A stretch of 64,000 bases of DNA. Source: Macrostomum hystrix (Eukaryota; Animalia; Platyhelminthes). The first letter of the stretch is position 1; every line of letters begins with the position of its first letter. The notes below the pieces were generated by a model. It had not been told where the DNA came from, ran no database searches, and worked only from the letters and a program-made list of their open reading frames with translations. The translations under genes were made by a program, and so were the position numbers. Below are positions 1-13,700 of this stretch, one piece after another. The DNA is taken from NCBI GenBank assembly GCA_950097015.1, contig CATNEN010000015.1:1550001-1614000 (forward strand), read 5' to 3'.

Positions 1-788
1 TTTAATTTTCAATATCGGAAGCCCTAGTGTTTTATATATATATATATATAAACTTTTAGTAAATTTATTTCCCATTTTGTTTTAAAATGGGCTGATTTAA
101 ATGCATTATCCCAATTGATTTGATTTAAAAGTCTCCCGAAAATAAACAAATAAAGATGCGTCACTTACTACTACTGGAATCGTCATAATCCATAGATAAA
201 GTAGTCAGCAAAGCGTTTACTATGTAGTTTGTTTCTTATCAGTCTGTGTCGTTAGCAATTTATTCATTTAATTGATTGATTTTATTATGTGATAATTGAT
301 CTGTGTCACTGAATACTCGAATTAAATATCGAGATGCCACCGAACTAACCGTTTAATTTGTTTTCTTTTTTTTTAAATTTAGTTCGTAAGTATCAAATTA
401 ATTTATTAAAATGACCGATAGCGAGACATCGGTTTAGTCAGGTAGTTTACTGTAGCAACTGAGTTGATCTTATCACCACTAACCAAATTTGGATCGATTA
501 CCGTTACATTAACTCTTTTGTTTTAATCGCAGTTGTCACTTTTTAATTGTTTTCAATTTTTTAACAAACGATTTTATTGCATGACCATTATTCTGACAGT
601 AAATTTACTTAAAAGTGTCTTATAAAATGCGAATTTTATCTTGATTGCTTCTGTGAAGTGTTTTAATCTAACTTTGAGAGCCAATTATCCACCCTTAGTT
701 TAATCTCAAGGGGAGAATTCTGAAAAAGCTGATATCCTATTTAAGCTACACTGGGCGTAAGCAATTGGTAATTTGGTGTCTTGTTTTA

Positions 789-842
789 GGCTGAGATTCG
801 AACTTCAGACCTTTCTAACAGTAGTCCGAAGCTTCTAACATC
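789..842 (-). mobile_element. tRNA-like SINE head fragment
   Basis: The reverse complement GTTAGAAGCTTCGGACTACTGTTAGAAAGGTCTGAAGTTCGAATCTCAGCC has a B-box-like GAAGTTCGAATC and aligns by eye with the SINE head at 53628-53680. Confidence 0.5.
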
Positions 843-1004
843 ATCAAATTAACTTCTGTACCACAATATTCTCAAAAATAGTTTTCAACACACTATTCTT
901 AATGTTCGTTTTTGTGGCTTGATCTAAAATAAATTTTTAGTACTTTCTTGTACATTCGCCAATTGGGACTCACCGCTTGGAGATGCTGCTGAATTCACCC
1001 GCAG

Positions 1005-2290
1005 ACTTTCGCGACTTCATGCAGTCGGTTGGCGGAGCTAGACGGGATCGTCGCGAAAGCGCCTGGTCCTTGGCGCCCTCCATTAGCGACGAGAGCGGAG
1101 GCGGCGGCAGTCACTCCCGACGGCTCAGCCCGTCGGACAGCCTGACGGACTTGGATTTGTCATTTGGCGCGTTCAGGAAGATTATGTGTACGATTAGGCT
1201 TTTTGGCTTCGATTGTTTGCATCACCAATAGCCATAATATAATACACCCACATCAAAACAACACCCACCTCACTGCAACAGCTGCCTCACTCCAGCTTCC
1301 ACCTCACTCCAACACCCACCTCACTCCAACAGCTGCCTCACTCCAGCACCCACCTGACTCCAACACCCCACCTCACTCCAAAACCCCACCTCACTCCAAC
1401 AGCTGCCTCACTCCAGCACCCACCACTCCAAAACCCCGCCTCACTCCAACAGCTGCCTCACTCCAGCACCCACCTCACTCCAAAACCCCGCCTCACTCCA
1501 ACAGCTGCCTCACTCCAGCACCCACCTCACTCCAACACCCCACCTAACTCCAAAACCCCACCTCACTCCAACAGCTGCTTCACTCCAGCTTCCACCTCAC
1601 TCCAACACCCACCTCACTCTAACACCCACCTCACTCCAAAACCCTACCTCACTCCAACAGCTGCCGCACTCCAGCAGCCACCTCACTCCAACACCCCACC
1701 TCACTCTAAAACCCCACCTCACTCCAACAGCTGTCTCACTCCAGCATCCACCTCACTCCAGCAACCACCTCACTCCAATAACCGCCTTACTCCAACACCC
1801 GCCTCACTCCAACACCTAACTCCAACAACTTACTGTAACACCGACCTCAAGCTCAAAAAACCTCCTCACATCACGTCACCCATCTCAATTATCGTCACTC
1901 GCCTAACTCCTCCAACCACTTCAATGTATCACGGAGCAATATTGTCTCACTATTGGACCCAAACAGTCGATTCGACCCCAGTCCCACTTTTCTAAATCCG
2001 CAGACGAGCCGCCAGCTCAGCGACTGAAGCGCCGCGCCGAAGAGGAGCGCGAAATCAAAGAGCTGTACGACACCGCCTCCTTCGACGAGCTGCTGGAGCG
2101 GCACCGGCGCGAGAAGACCACCCCAATCAACGAGGTGATCGCCTTCCTCAAGGAGGTCGACGCCGCCAACGATCGTAGCGAGGCGCGCAGCGGCGGAGCC
2201 GACAAAGAGCAGAGAGCCGCGGAGCCCGACACGCAGAGAAAGGGCGCCACCATCAAGGAGATCGACTTTCCGTCTCTGTTTGTGTTCTAG
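1005..2290 (+). CDS. 3' end (last two exons, 1005-1187 and 2004-2290) of an unidentified gene that starts upstream of the window
   Basis: GC-rich coding-like segments with phase-1 acceptors (cccgcag|AC at 1005, tccgcag|AC at 2004) and a phase-1 donor GTACGA at 1188. The spliced frame reads DFRDFMQSVGG...RKIMYEPPAQRLKRRAEEERE...KEIDFPSLFVF* (TAG 2288-2290). No family recognised. Confidence 0.55.
1258..1830. repeat. Intronic C-rich composite minisatellite (core CCTCACTCCA)
   Basis: Tandem CACCTCACTCCAACA / GCTGCCTCACTCCAG variants inside the 1188-2003 intron. Confidence 0.9.
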
Positions 2291-2460
2291 TGGGATTCTG
2301 TAGTTGTAATTCTTACAATGGGATTCTGTAGTTGCAATTCCTACAATGGAATTCTGTGGCTGTAATATTTACAGTGGATTATTGAACTGTAGTTCCTATA
2401 CAGTTGGATTCTGAAAATTTAGTTCCCACAATGGGATTTTCAAGCTGTAATTCCCACGGG
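2291..2460. repeat. Degenerate 28-bp tandem repeat just after the stop codon
   Basis: Unit TGGGATTCTGTAGTTGTAATTCTTACAA, about 6 diverging copies. Confidence 0.75.
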
Positions 2461-3263
2461 ATTATTTGTTCCAAACGTGTTCTGTGTACCGTTCTTTACA
2501 AGTTTTTGGCTGGTGCCTAAATGTTAAAGGCAGTATGAAATTTAAAATGTTTTTTTTGTCCGCACGATACTACTGTTTATTTATTTGACTAAGTAGTCAG
2601 CTTATTATCTGTAGAATAAGATCGCGCCTGTCCTCCTAGCCATTCTGTTCTGCTCTCAGTAGTATGATGCAAAACTATGCGCTTTTTTCTGCTTTTTTAC
2701 GTAAGTATCATAAATCGATTTGCTTTTTACACTTGGTGTTGCTTAGAAGATTTAGCTGTCTGCGTTTGTAGATCCTGATTTATCTACCCTAATCTGGCTT
2801 CCTATTTGAGATAATCCCAGCTTCGCCTGAACTCAAGTCATAGTTATGAAATGAAAAGTCATGAAATCCTACTAGAATTCGCATGACAGAACTACCTAGT
2901 GTCTTGCCTTAAAGAATTAATCAATTGCGAATTAGATGCTTGTAGCGACTATTTATCCTTTGTTCTTTACTTTCTAACTATTCCACGCGTTAAAGCAAAT
3001 ACTCGTAGAACTATCTAGCTCGTATACGAGTACTTTATTCCAGAACTTTTTGTTTTTCTAACTTGCCGATTTGAACCATTGGAGTTCCTTATGTGCAATC
3101 ATAAAACCTGTCTGTTTTTTTTACCAAAATATGCTTCTACCAGCATATACGATTTTCTGAAGTTGAATTTGAATGAAAATTTGTATTGTCGATTATCGAT
3201 TTGAATCTTATTACGACACGATTAAATGTTATATCAATATTTTTACATCGTTGCACGTTTATA

Positions 3264-4140
3264 CAATCGCTCCCGACCATCAACCCTCTCACCCTCAATG
3301 TACACTCGCTCCCGACCATCAACCCTCTCACCCTCAATGTACACTCGCTCCCGACCATCAACCCTCTCACCCTCAATGTACACTCGCTCCCGACCATCAA
3401 CCCTCTCACCCTCAATGTACACTCGCTCCCGACCATCAACCCTCTCGCCCTCAATGTACACTCACTCCCGACCATCAACCCTCTCGCCCTCAATGTACAC
3501 TCACTCCCGACCATCAACCCTATCACCCTCAATGTACACTCGCTCCCGACCATCAACCCTCTCACCCTCAATGTACATTCGCTCCCGACCATCAACCCTA
3601 TCACCCTCAATGTACACTCGCTCCCGACCTTCAACCCTCTCACCCTCAATGCACATTCGCTCCCGACCATCTAAACCAGTCACCCTCAATGTACACTCGC
3701 TGTACAATGTACACCCTCAATGTACAATGTACAATGTACCGTCAATGTACAATGTAAATCAAACCCTCTCACCCTCAATGTACATTCGCTCCCGACCATC
3801 AAACCCTCTCACCCCCAATGTACATTCGCTCCCGACCATCAACCCTATCACCCTCAATGTACACTCGCTCCCGACCATCAACCCTATCACCCTCAATGTA
3901 CACTCGCTCCCGACCATCAACCCTCTCTCACCCTCAATGTACATTCGCTCCCGACCATCAACCCTATCACCCTCAATGTACACTCGCTCCCGACCATCAA
4001 CCCTATCACCCTCAATGTACACTCGCTCCCGACCATCAACATTCTCACCCCCAATGTACAATCGCTCCGCACCATCAACCCTCTCACCCTCAACGCACAC
4101 TCGCTCCGCACCATCTACCTCTCCCCCTCAATGTACACAC
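3264..4140. repeat. Intergenic 39-bp minisatellite
   Basis: Unit CGCTCCCGACCATCAACCCTCTCACCCTCAATGTACACT, about 20 copies. Confidence 0.95.
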
Positions 4141-4785
4141 GTCCTGACTAACCGCTCTCTGTAATCTCGATCAAAGGTTTCAGCATTAGAATCTGTCTAG
4201 TCATCTGGTTGTGTTTTGCCCATTTTCGTTTCGTTTTATAATACCAGCTGTAGTTTAGCCAGCCGCTACTTTAGTCACTTTCTTGTATTTTTTGTTTAAA
4301 AAGGCTTTGTTTGCTTCTTTTGTATCGCATTGTGAGTAATGTAAGCATCGTTATTCAACTAATTATTAACTAATAAGCAAATCCCTATTTTAATCTGTGT
4401 AATCCAACGTTTCTGTTGCTACCCAAAGATATTTCTCGTATTAATCACTTTCTGAGTCTTCTAAAGAAACTGCAATATAAACTTTAAAAGTAATTGGCTA
4501 CTACAATAAAATTGTTGTACTACTATTCAATTTCACAAGTTATATTTGGGTTCACGTGTCCACTATTTTAATTAACATGATTTCTAGAAAATGCTAGTAT
4601 TTTAAGTCCATAGTAGGAGAGTTGCGTGAAAGCCATGCAAGCTAAGTGTCAATTGTGTCATATAATTTTCAACTAAATCTGCTTCTAATAAAATGTATGA
4701 CTTTCAGCTTGACTGAACCAGATAAAACAAAGACCATACTGAGAACAGCAGCGCACAGCATCCACTTTATCGTCTGTGACGAACA

Positions 4786-7700
4786 ATGGACCGATCTGTG
4801 AGTGCAGCTCGATTGAGGGATAAAAATCCCACTCATTCTTATTTAACTGTACTTTGCATTTAATGTACATACCATGTCCACTATTCTGCTCATTCTCTCC
4901 CCTATTCTGTTCATTCTCTCTCCTCTATTCTGCTCATTCTCTCCCCTCTTCTTCTCATTTTCTCCCCTATTCTGCTCATTCTCTCCCCTATTCTGCTCAT
5001 TCGTTCCCCTATTCTGCTCATTTTCTCCCCTACTCTGCTCATTCACTCCCCTATTCGACTCATTCTCTTCCCCTATTCTGCTCATTCTCTTCCCCTATTC
5101 TGCTCATTCTTTCCCCTATTCTGCTCATTCTCTTCCCCTATACTTCTCATTCTCTCCCCTATTCAGCTCATTCTCTCCCCTATTCTGCTCATTCACTCCC
5201 CTATTCTGCTCATTCTCTCCCCCTATTCTGCTCATTCTCTCCCCTATTCTGCTCATTCTCTTCCCCTATACTTCTCATTCTCTCCCCTATTCAGCTGATT
5301 CTCTCCCCTATTCTGCTCATTCTCTCCCCTATTCTGCTCATTCTCTCCCCTATTCTGCTCATTCTCTCCCCTATTCTGCTCATTCACTCCCCTATTCTGC
5401 TCATTCTCTCCCCTATTCTGTTCATTCTCTCTCCTCTATTCTGCTCATTCTCTCCCCTCTTCTTCTCATTTTCTCCCCTATTCTGCTCATTCGTTCCCCT
5501 ATTCTGCTCATTTTCTCCCCTACTCTGCTCATTCACTCCCCTATTCGACTCATTCTCTTCCCCTATTCTGCTCATTCTCTTCCCCTATTCTGCTCATTCT
5601 TTCCCCTATTCTGCTCATTCTCTTCCCCTATACTTCTCATTCTCTCCCCTATTCAGCTCATTCTCTCCCCTATTCTGCTCATTCACTCCCCTATTCTGCT
5701 CATTCTCTCCCCCTATTCTGCTCATTCTCTCCCCTATTCTGCTCATTCTCTTCCCCTATACTTCTCATTCTCTCCCCTATTCAGCTGATTCTCTCCCCTA
5801 TTCTGCTCATTCTCTCCCCTATTCTGCTCATTCTCTCCCCTATTCTGCTCATTCTCTCCCCTATTCTGCTCATTCACTCCCCTATTCTGCTCATTCTCTC
5901 CCCTATTCTGTTCATTCTCTCTCCTCTATTCTGCTCATTCTCTCCCCTCTTCTTCTCATTTTCTCCCCTATTCTGCTCATTCTCTCCCCTATTCTGCTCA
6001 TTCGTTCCCCTATTCTGCTCATTTTCTCCCCTACTCTGCTCATTCACTTCCCTATTCGACTCATTCTCTTCCCCTATTCTGCTCATTCTCTTCCCCTATT
6101 CTGCTCATTTTCTCCCCTATTCTGCTCATTCTCTTCCCCTATACTTCTCATTCTCTCCCCTATTCAGCTCATTCTCTCCCCTATTCTGCTCATTCTCTCC
6201 CCCTATTCTGCTCATTCTCTCCCCTATTCTGCTCATTCTCTTCCCCTATACTTCTCATTCTCTCCCCTATTCAGCTGATTCTCTCCCCTATTCTGCTCAT
6301 TCTCTCCCCTATTCTGCTCATTCTCTCCCCTATTCTGCTCATTCTCTCCCCTATTCTGCTCATTCACTCCCCTATTCTGCTCATTCTCTCCCCTATTCTG
6401 TTCATTCTCTCTCCTCTATTCTGCTCATTCTCTCCCCTCTTCTTCTCATTTTCTCCCCTATTCTGCTCATTCTCTCCCCTATTCTGCTCATTCGTTCCCC
6501 TATTCTGCTCATTTTCTCCCCTACTCTGCTCATTCACTCCCCTATTCGACTCATTCTCTTCCCCTATTCTGCTCATTCTCTTCCCCTATTCTGCTCTCTC
6601 TCTCCCCTATTCTGCTCATTCTCTTCCCCTATACTTCTCATTCTCTCCCCTATTCAGCTCATTCTCTCCCCTATTCTGCTCATTCACTCCCCTATTCTGC
6701 TCATTCTCTCCCCTATTCTGCTCATTCTCTCCCCTATTCTGCTCATTGTCCTGTGCGCAGCTTTAAATCCCGAATCTCCCAAATTCGGCCTGCAGATCTT
6801 CCAGCAGGAGAAGCTGTCCAAGTCCCGGGAGCGCATAGTGATCAACCAGTGGGACATCGAGGCCTGGTCTGTGCTCATTCGCGACGCCCAGGAGCGCAAA
6901 TTGGAGGACGGAGAGAAACTCTATGAAGAGGTGGTGACCCAGTTCCCGCTGTCTGGTCACTACTGGAAGCTCTACATTAACTACGAGGTGAGCATGCAAT
7001 TAAACCAATGGCTTAACTTCTGCTTCAATTGCTCACTTGTCTGAGAAGTATTCCAATGAGTCTTCGACTTCACTTTGTTTCAGATCAAGCATCACAATTA
7101 CGAGAAGGTTGAGCAGGTATTTTAATATACTTTTTGTTAATCTAGACTTTATTCTCTTCTATTGGGAATCAACAAGTTTAAATTGGAGGAATCAATATGG
7201 GGATTAGGAGAATGGATGTGGGGATTATGAGAGTGGATATGGGGATTAGGAGAATGGGTATGGGGATTAGGAGAATGGGTGTGGGGATTAGTAGAATGGG
7301 TATGGGGATTAGGATAATGGATATGAGGATTAGGAGAATGGATATGGGGATTAGGAGAATGGATATGGGGATTATGAGAGTGGATATGGAGATTAGGAGA
7401 ACGGATGTGGGGATTAGGAGAACGGATATAGAGATTAGGAGAATGGGTATGGGGATTAGGAGAATGGGTGTGGGGATTAGTAGAATGGGTATGGGGATTA
7501 GGAGAATGGATATGGGGATTAGGAGAATGGATATGGGGATTAGGAGAATGGATATGGGGATTAGGAGAATGGATATGAGGATTAGGAGAATGGATATGGG
7601 GATTAGGAGAATGGATATGGGGATTAGGAGAATGGATATGGGGATTAGGAGAATGGATATGGGGATTAGGAGAATGGATATGAGGATTAGGAGAATGGAT

Positions 7701-10700
7701 ATGGGGATTAGGAGAACGGATATAGAGATTAGGAGAATGGGTATGGGGATTAGGAGAATGGGTATGGGGATTAGGAGAATGGGTGTGGGGATTAGTAGAA
7801 TGGGTATGGGGATTAGGATAATGGATATGAGGATTAGGAGAATGGATATGGGGATTAGGAGAATGGATTTGGGGATTATGAGAGTGGATATGGAGATTAG
7901 GAGAACGGATGTGGGGATTAGGAGAACGGATATAGAGATTAGGAGAATGGGTATGGGGATTAGGAGAATGGGTGTGGGGATTAGTAGAATGGGTATGGGG
8001 ATTAGGAGAATAGATATGGGGATTAGGAGAATGGATATGGGGATTAGGAGAATGGATATGGGGATTAGGAGAATGGATATGGGGATTAGGAGAATGGATA
8101 TGGGGATTAGGAGAATGGATATGGGGATTAGGAGAATGGATATGGGGATTAGGAGAATGGATATGGGGATTAGGAGAATGGATATGGGGATTAGGAGAAT
8201 GGATATGGGGATTAGGAGAATGGATATGAGGATTAGGAGAATGGATATGGGGATTAGGAGAACGGATATAGAGATTAGGAGAATGGGTATGGGGATTAGG
8301 AGAATGAGTATGGGGATTAGGAGAATGGATATGGGGATTAGGAGAATAGATATGGGGATTAGGAGAATGGATATGGGGATTAGGAGAACGGATATAGAGA
8401 TTAGGAGAATGGGTATGGGGATTAGGAGAATGGGTGTGGGGATTAGGAGAACGGATATGGAGATTAGCAGAATGGATGTGGGGATTATGAGAGTGGATAT
8501 GGAGATTAGGAGAATGGATATAGGGAGTTGGAGAATGGATATATGGAGTTGGAGAATGGATATAGGGAGTTGGAGAATGGATATAGGGAGTTGGAGAATG
8601 GATATAGGGAGTTGGAGAATGGATATAGGGAGTTGGAGAATGGATATAGGGAGTTGGAGAATGGATATAGGGAGTTGGAGAATGGATATAGGGAGTTGGA
8701 GAATGGATATAGGGAGTTGGAGAATGGATATAGGGAGTTGGAGAATGGATATAGGGAGTTGGAGAATGGATATAGGGAGTTGGAGAATGGATATAGGGAG
8801 TTGGAGAATGGATATAGGGAGTTGGAGAATGGATATAGGGAGTTGGAGAATGGATATAGGGAGTTGGAGAATGGATATAGGGATTAGGAGAATGGATATA
8901 TGGAGTAGGAGAATGGATATAGGGAGTTGGAGAATGGCTATAGGGATTAGGAGAATGGATATATGGAGTTGGAGAATGGATATATGGAGTAGGAGAATGG
9001 ATATATGGAGTAGGAGAATGGATATAGGGAGTTGGAGAATGGCTATAGGGATTAGGAGAATGGATATAGGGAGTTGGAGAATGGATATAGGGAGTTGGAG
9101 AATGGATATAGGGATTAGGAGAATGGATATATGGAGTAGGAGAATGGATATAGGGAGTTGGAGAATGGCTATAGGGATTAGGAGAATGGATATAGGGAGT
9201 TGGAGAATGGATATAGGGAGTTGGAGAATGGATATATGGAGTTGGAGAATGGATATAGGGAGTTGGAGAATGGATATAGGGAGTAGGAGAATGGATATAG
9301 GGAGTTGGAGAATGGATATAGGGAGTTGGAGAATGGATATAGGGAGTTGGAGAATGGCTATAGGGATTAGGAGAATGGATATATGGAGTTGGAGAATGGC
9401 TATAGGGATTAGGAGAATGGATATATGGAGTTGGAGAATGGATATATGGAGTAGGAGAATGGATATATGGAGTAGGAGAATGGATATAGGGAGTTGGAGA
9501 ATGGCTATAGGGATTAGGAGAATGGATATAGGGAGTTGGAGAATGGATATAGGGAGTTGGAGAATGGATATAGGGATTAGGAGAATGGATATATGGAGTA
9601 GGAGAATGGATATAGGGAGTTGGAGAATGGCTATAGGGATTAGGAGAATGGATATAGGGAGTTGGAGAATGGATATAGGGAGTTGGAGAATGGATATATG
9701 GAGTTGGAGAATGGATATAGGGAGTTGGAGAATGGATATAGGGAGTAGGAGAATGGATATAGGGAGTTGGAGAATGGCTATAGGGATTAGGAGAATGGAT
9801 ATATGGAGTTGGAGAATGGATATATGGAGTAGGAGAATGGATATATGGAGTAGGAGAATGGATATAGGGAGTTGGAGAATGGCTATAGGGATTAGGAGAA
9901 TGGATATAGGGAGTTGGAGAATGGATATAGGGAGTTGGAGAATGGATATAGGGATTAGGAGAATGGATATATGGAGTAGGAGAATGGATATAGGGAGTTG
10001 GAGAATGGCTATAGGGATTAGGAGAATGGATATAGGGAGTTGGAGAATGGATATAGGGAGTTGGAGAATGGATATATGGAGTTGGAGAATGGATATAGGG
10101 AGTTGGAGAATGGATATAGGGAGTTGGAGAATGGATTTGGGGATTAGGAGAATGGATATATGGAGTTGGAGAATGGATATAGGGAGTTGGAGAATGGATA
10201 TAGGGAGTTGGAGAATGGATATAGGGAGTTGGAGAATGGATATAGGGAGTTGGAGAATGGATATATGGAGTTGGAGAATGGATGTTGCGATTATTATAAC
10301 GGATGTGGGGTTAGATATATATTAGTATTAGCATATAGATTAGTAGAAAAGCTACAGTAACTAGGGAAATAGAAATGAGGATTTAAAGTAATAAGGAATC
10401 TATGAAAGAGATAAACCAGTGCTTTAAACCCTGCTCGCCCATGATTGCAGCTATTCCAGCGCTGCCTGACAAAGGTGCTTCACATCGAGCTGTGGAAGCT
10501 CTACCTGCAGTACATTCGCGACACCAAGTCAAAGCAGCCCGCTTTCAAGGAGAAGATGGGCAAGGCCTACGACTTCGCCCTGGAGAAGATGGGCCTGGAC
10601 TTCAGCTCCTACTCGATCTGGGTCGACTATATTCAGTTCTTGAAGAATGCGCCTGTGCAGGTGGGACTTCTGGAACACCTGTTCTGCGATTTTTTCATTC

Positions 10701-13700
10701 CAATCATCAAAACTGCCATTCCAATCTTCAAAACTGCCATTCCAATCTTCAAAACTGCCATTCCAATCTTCAAAACTGCCAATCCAATCTTCAAAACTGC
10801 CATTCCAATCTTCAAAACTGCCAATTTATCTTAAAAACTGCCATTCCAATCTTCAAAACTGCCATTCCAATCTTCAAAACTGCCATTCCAATCTTCAAAA
10901 CTGCCAATCCAATCTTCAAAACTGCCATTCCAATCTTCAAAACTGCCAATTTATCTTCAAAACTGCCATTCCAATCTTCAAAACTGCCTATTTATCTTCA
11001 AAACTGCCCATTTATCTTCAAAACTGCCCATTTATCTTCAAAACTGCCCATTTATCTTCAAAACTGCCATTCTAATCTTCAAAACTGCCATTCTAATCTT
11101 TAAAACTTCCACTCTAATCTTCAAAACTGCCATTCTAATCTTCAAAACTGCCATTCTAATCTTTAAAACTTCCACTCTAATCTTCAAAACTGCGTTTTTA
11201 TTTCCAAAACTGCCATTCCAATCTTTGAAACATAAATTTCATTTTTAGAGCTGCAATTCCACTTATCAAAACTGCAAGTCTATCTTAAAAGTCGACATTT
11301 TAATCTAAAAAAATGCCACTCTTATCCACAAAACTGCCATTCCAATCTTCAAAACTGCAACTCAAATATTCGAAACTGCCATACTACAGGGCTCGTACGC
11401 TGAGAGCCAGAAGATCACAGCCGTGAGGAAGATCTACCAGAAGGCCATCGTCACGCCGATGGTAAACATCGACCAGGTGTGGCGCGACTACGGCAGCTTC
11501 GAGACCGGCCTGAACGCCACCCTGGCCAAGAAGTTCATCGAGGATCGCCAGCGCGAGTACCTGAACGCCAAGCGGGTTGCTAAGGAGCTGGAGATTGTAA
11601 CCAAGGGCATCAATCGCAACTGGCCGTCGACTCCGCCAACAAACAATCCGGACGAGGCGCGACAGGTGGAGCTGTGGAAAAAGTACATCGACTGGGAGAA
11701 GGACAACCCGCTGCGTACCGACGACCTGTCGCTTATCTCCAAGCGGGGTAATTGGGAGATCAGGCAGAATTTGTTATTGGATTTGCCTGAATGTTTAATA
11801 CTAGCCATCCCATATCTACTCATCTAGAATACCCATATCTACTCATCTAGAATACCCATATCTACTCATCTAGAATACCCTTATCTAGTCATCTAGAATA
11901 CCCATATCTACTCATCTAGAATACCCATATCTACTCATCTAGAATACCCTTATCTAGTCATCTAGAATACCCTTATCTAGTCATCTAGAATACCCTTATC
12001 TACTCATCTAGAATACCCATATCTACTCATCTAGAATACCCATATCTAGTCATCTAGAATACCCTTATCTAGTCATCTAGAATACCCTTATCTACTCATC
12101 TAGAATACCCATATCTACTCATCTAGAATACCCTTATCTACTCATCTAGAATACCCTTATCTACTCATCTAGAATACCCTTATCTAGTCATCTAGAATAC
12201 CCTTATCTAGTCATCTAGAATACCCTTATCTAGTCATCTAGAATACCCTTATCTAGTCATCTAGAATACCCTTATCTAGTCATCTAGAATACCCTTATCT
12301 AGTCATCTAGAATACCCTTATCTAGTCATCTAGAATACCCTTATCTAGTCATCTAGAATACCCTTATCTAGTCATCTAGAATACCCTTATCTAGTCATCT
12401 AGAATACCCTTATCTAGTCATCTAGAATACCCTTATCTAGTCATCTAGAATACCCTTATCTAGTCATCTAGAATACCCTTATCTAGTCATCTAGAATTCC
12501 CATATCTAGTCATTTCGAATCCCCATATCTAGGCGTCTATAATTCATCTGGAATCCCCATATCTAGTGATCTAGAATCCCCATATCTATTAAACTAGAAT
12601 CCCCATATCTAGTCATCTAGAGTCCCCATATCTAGTCATCTAGAATTCCCATATCTAGTCATCTAGAGTCCCCATATCTAGTCATCTAGAATTCCCATAT
12701 CTAGTCATCTAGAGTCCCCATATCTAGTCATCTAGAATCCCCATATCTAGTCAACTAGAATTCCCATATCTAGTCATCTAGAAATTCCATATCTAGTCAC
12801 CTAGAATGCCTACAACCTATCTGCATTTGGCCATTATACTCCGTTGCCGCTGCCATCTAGTGATGTTCGCCTATGAGCAGTGCCTGCTCTGCCTGGGCCA
12901 TCATCCGGACATCTGGTACGAAGCCGCTTCATTTCTTGAGCAGGCCAGCCGCACTCTGGTTGAGAAGGGGGTGAGTAGTCTATCATATATTCTGTATAAG
13001 GTAACCGTCAATCAATCTTTCAGTCTACTCACTTGCTGTCCCCCACCCCGCTGTCACAGGAGCTCATCGCATCGAAACAATTCGCTGACGAGGCCGCGTC
13101 CATGTACGACCGAGCCACCCAGGTGTTAAAGGAAAACACACTGCTGTACTTTGCCTACGCCGATTACGAGGAGGTGAGTTTAGTGTACGTTTCATCTGAG
13201 TAATAAATCTTTATTTGCTAGGTAGATTTAGTTTGATTGGATAGTGAGGATGCGTAAATTAGATGGCGAGGATATGTCGATTAGAGGGCGAGGATAGGTA
13301 GATTAGAGGGCGAGGATAGGTAGATTAGAGGGCGAGGATAGGTAGATTAGAGGGCGAGGATAGGTAGATTAGAGGGCGAGGATAGGTAGATTAGAGGGCG
13401 AGGATAGGTAGATTAGAGGGCGAGGATAGGTAGATTAGAGGGCGAGGATAGGTAGATTAGAGGGCGAGGATAGGTAGATTAGATGGCGAGGATATGTCGA
13501 TTAGAGGGCGAGGATAGGTAGATTAGAGGGCGAGGATAGGTAGATTAGAGGGCGAGGATAGGTAGATTAGAGGGCGAGAATATGTAGATTAGAGGGCAAG
13601 AATATGTAGATTAGAGGGCGAGAATATGTAGATTAGAGGGCGAGAATATGTAGATTAGAGGGCGAGAATAGGTAGATTAGAGGGCGAGGATAGGTAGATT

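Noticed and set aside
2290-4786. Operon or trans-spliced polycistron linking the upstream gene and CSTF3
   Set aside because: The 2.5-kb gap contains a minisatellite and no clear outron signal; it cannot be supported from sequence alone.
7197-10325. 1042-aa ORF ([14 protein letters not shown] repeats) and similar repeat ORFs at 3137-4164, 4854-6278, 50690-51122, 52040-52540 and 63057-63728
   Set aside because: They are stop-free frames of minisatellites whose unit lengths are mostly multiples of 3. Most lie in introns of well-supported genes, and several frames are open at once.
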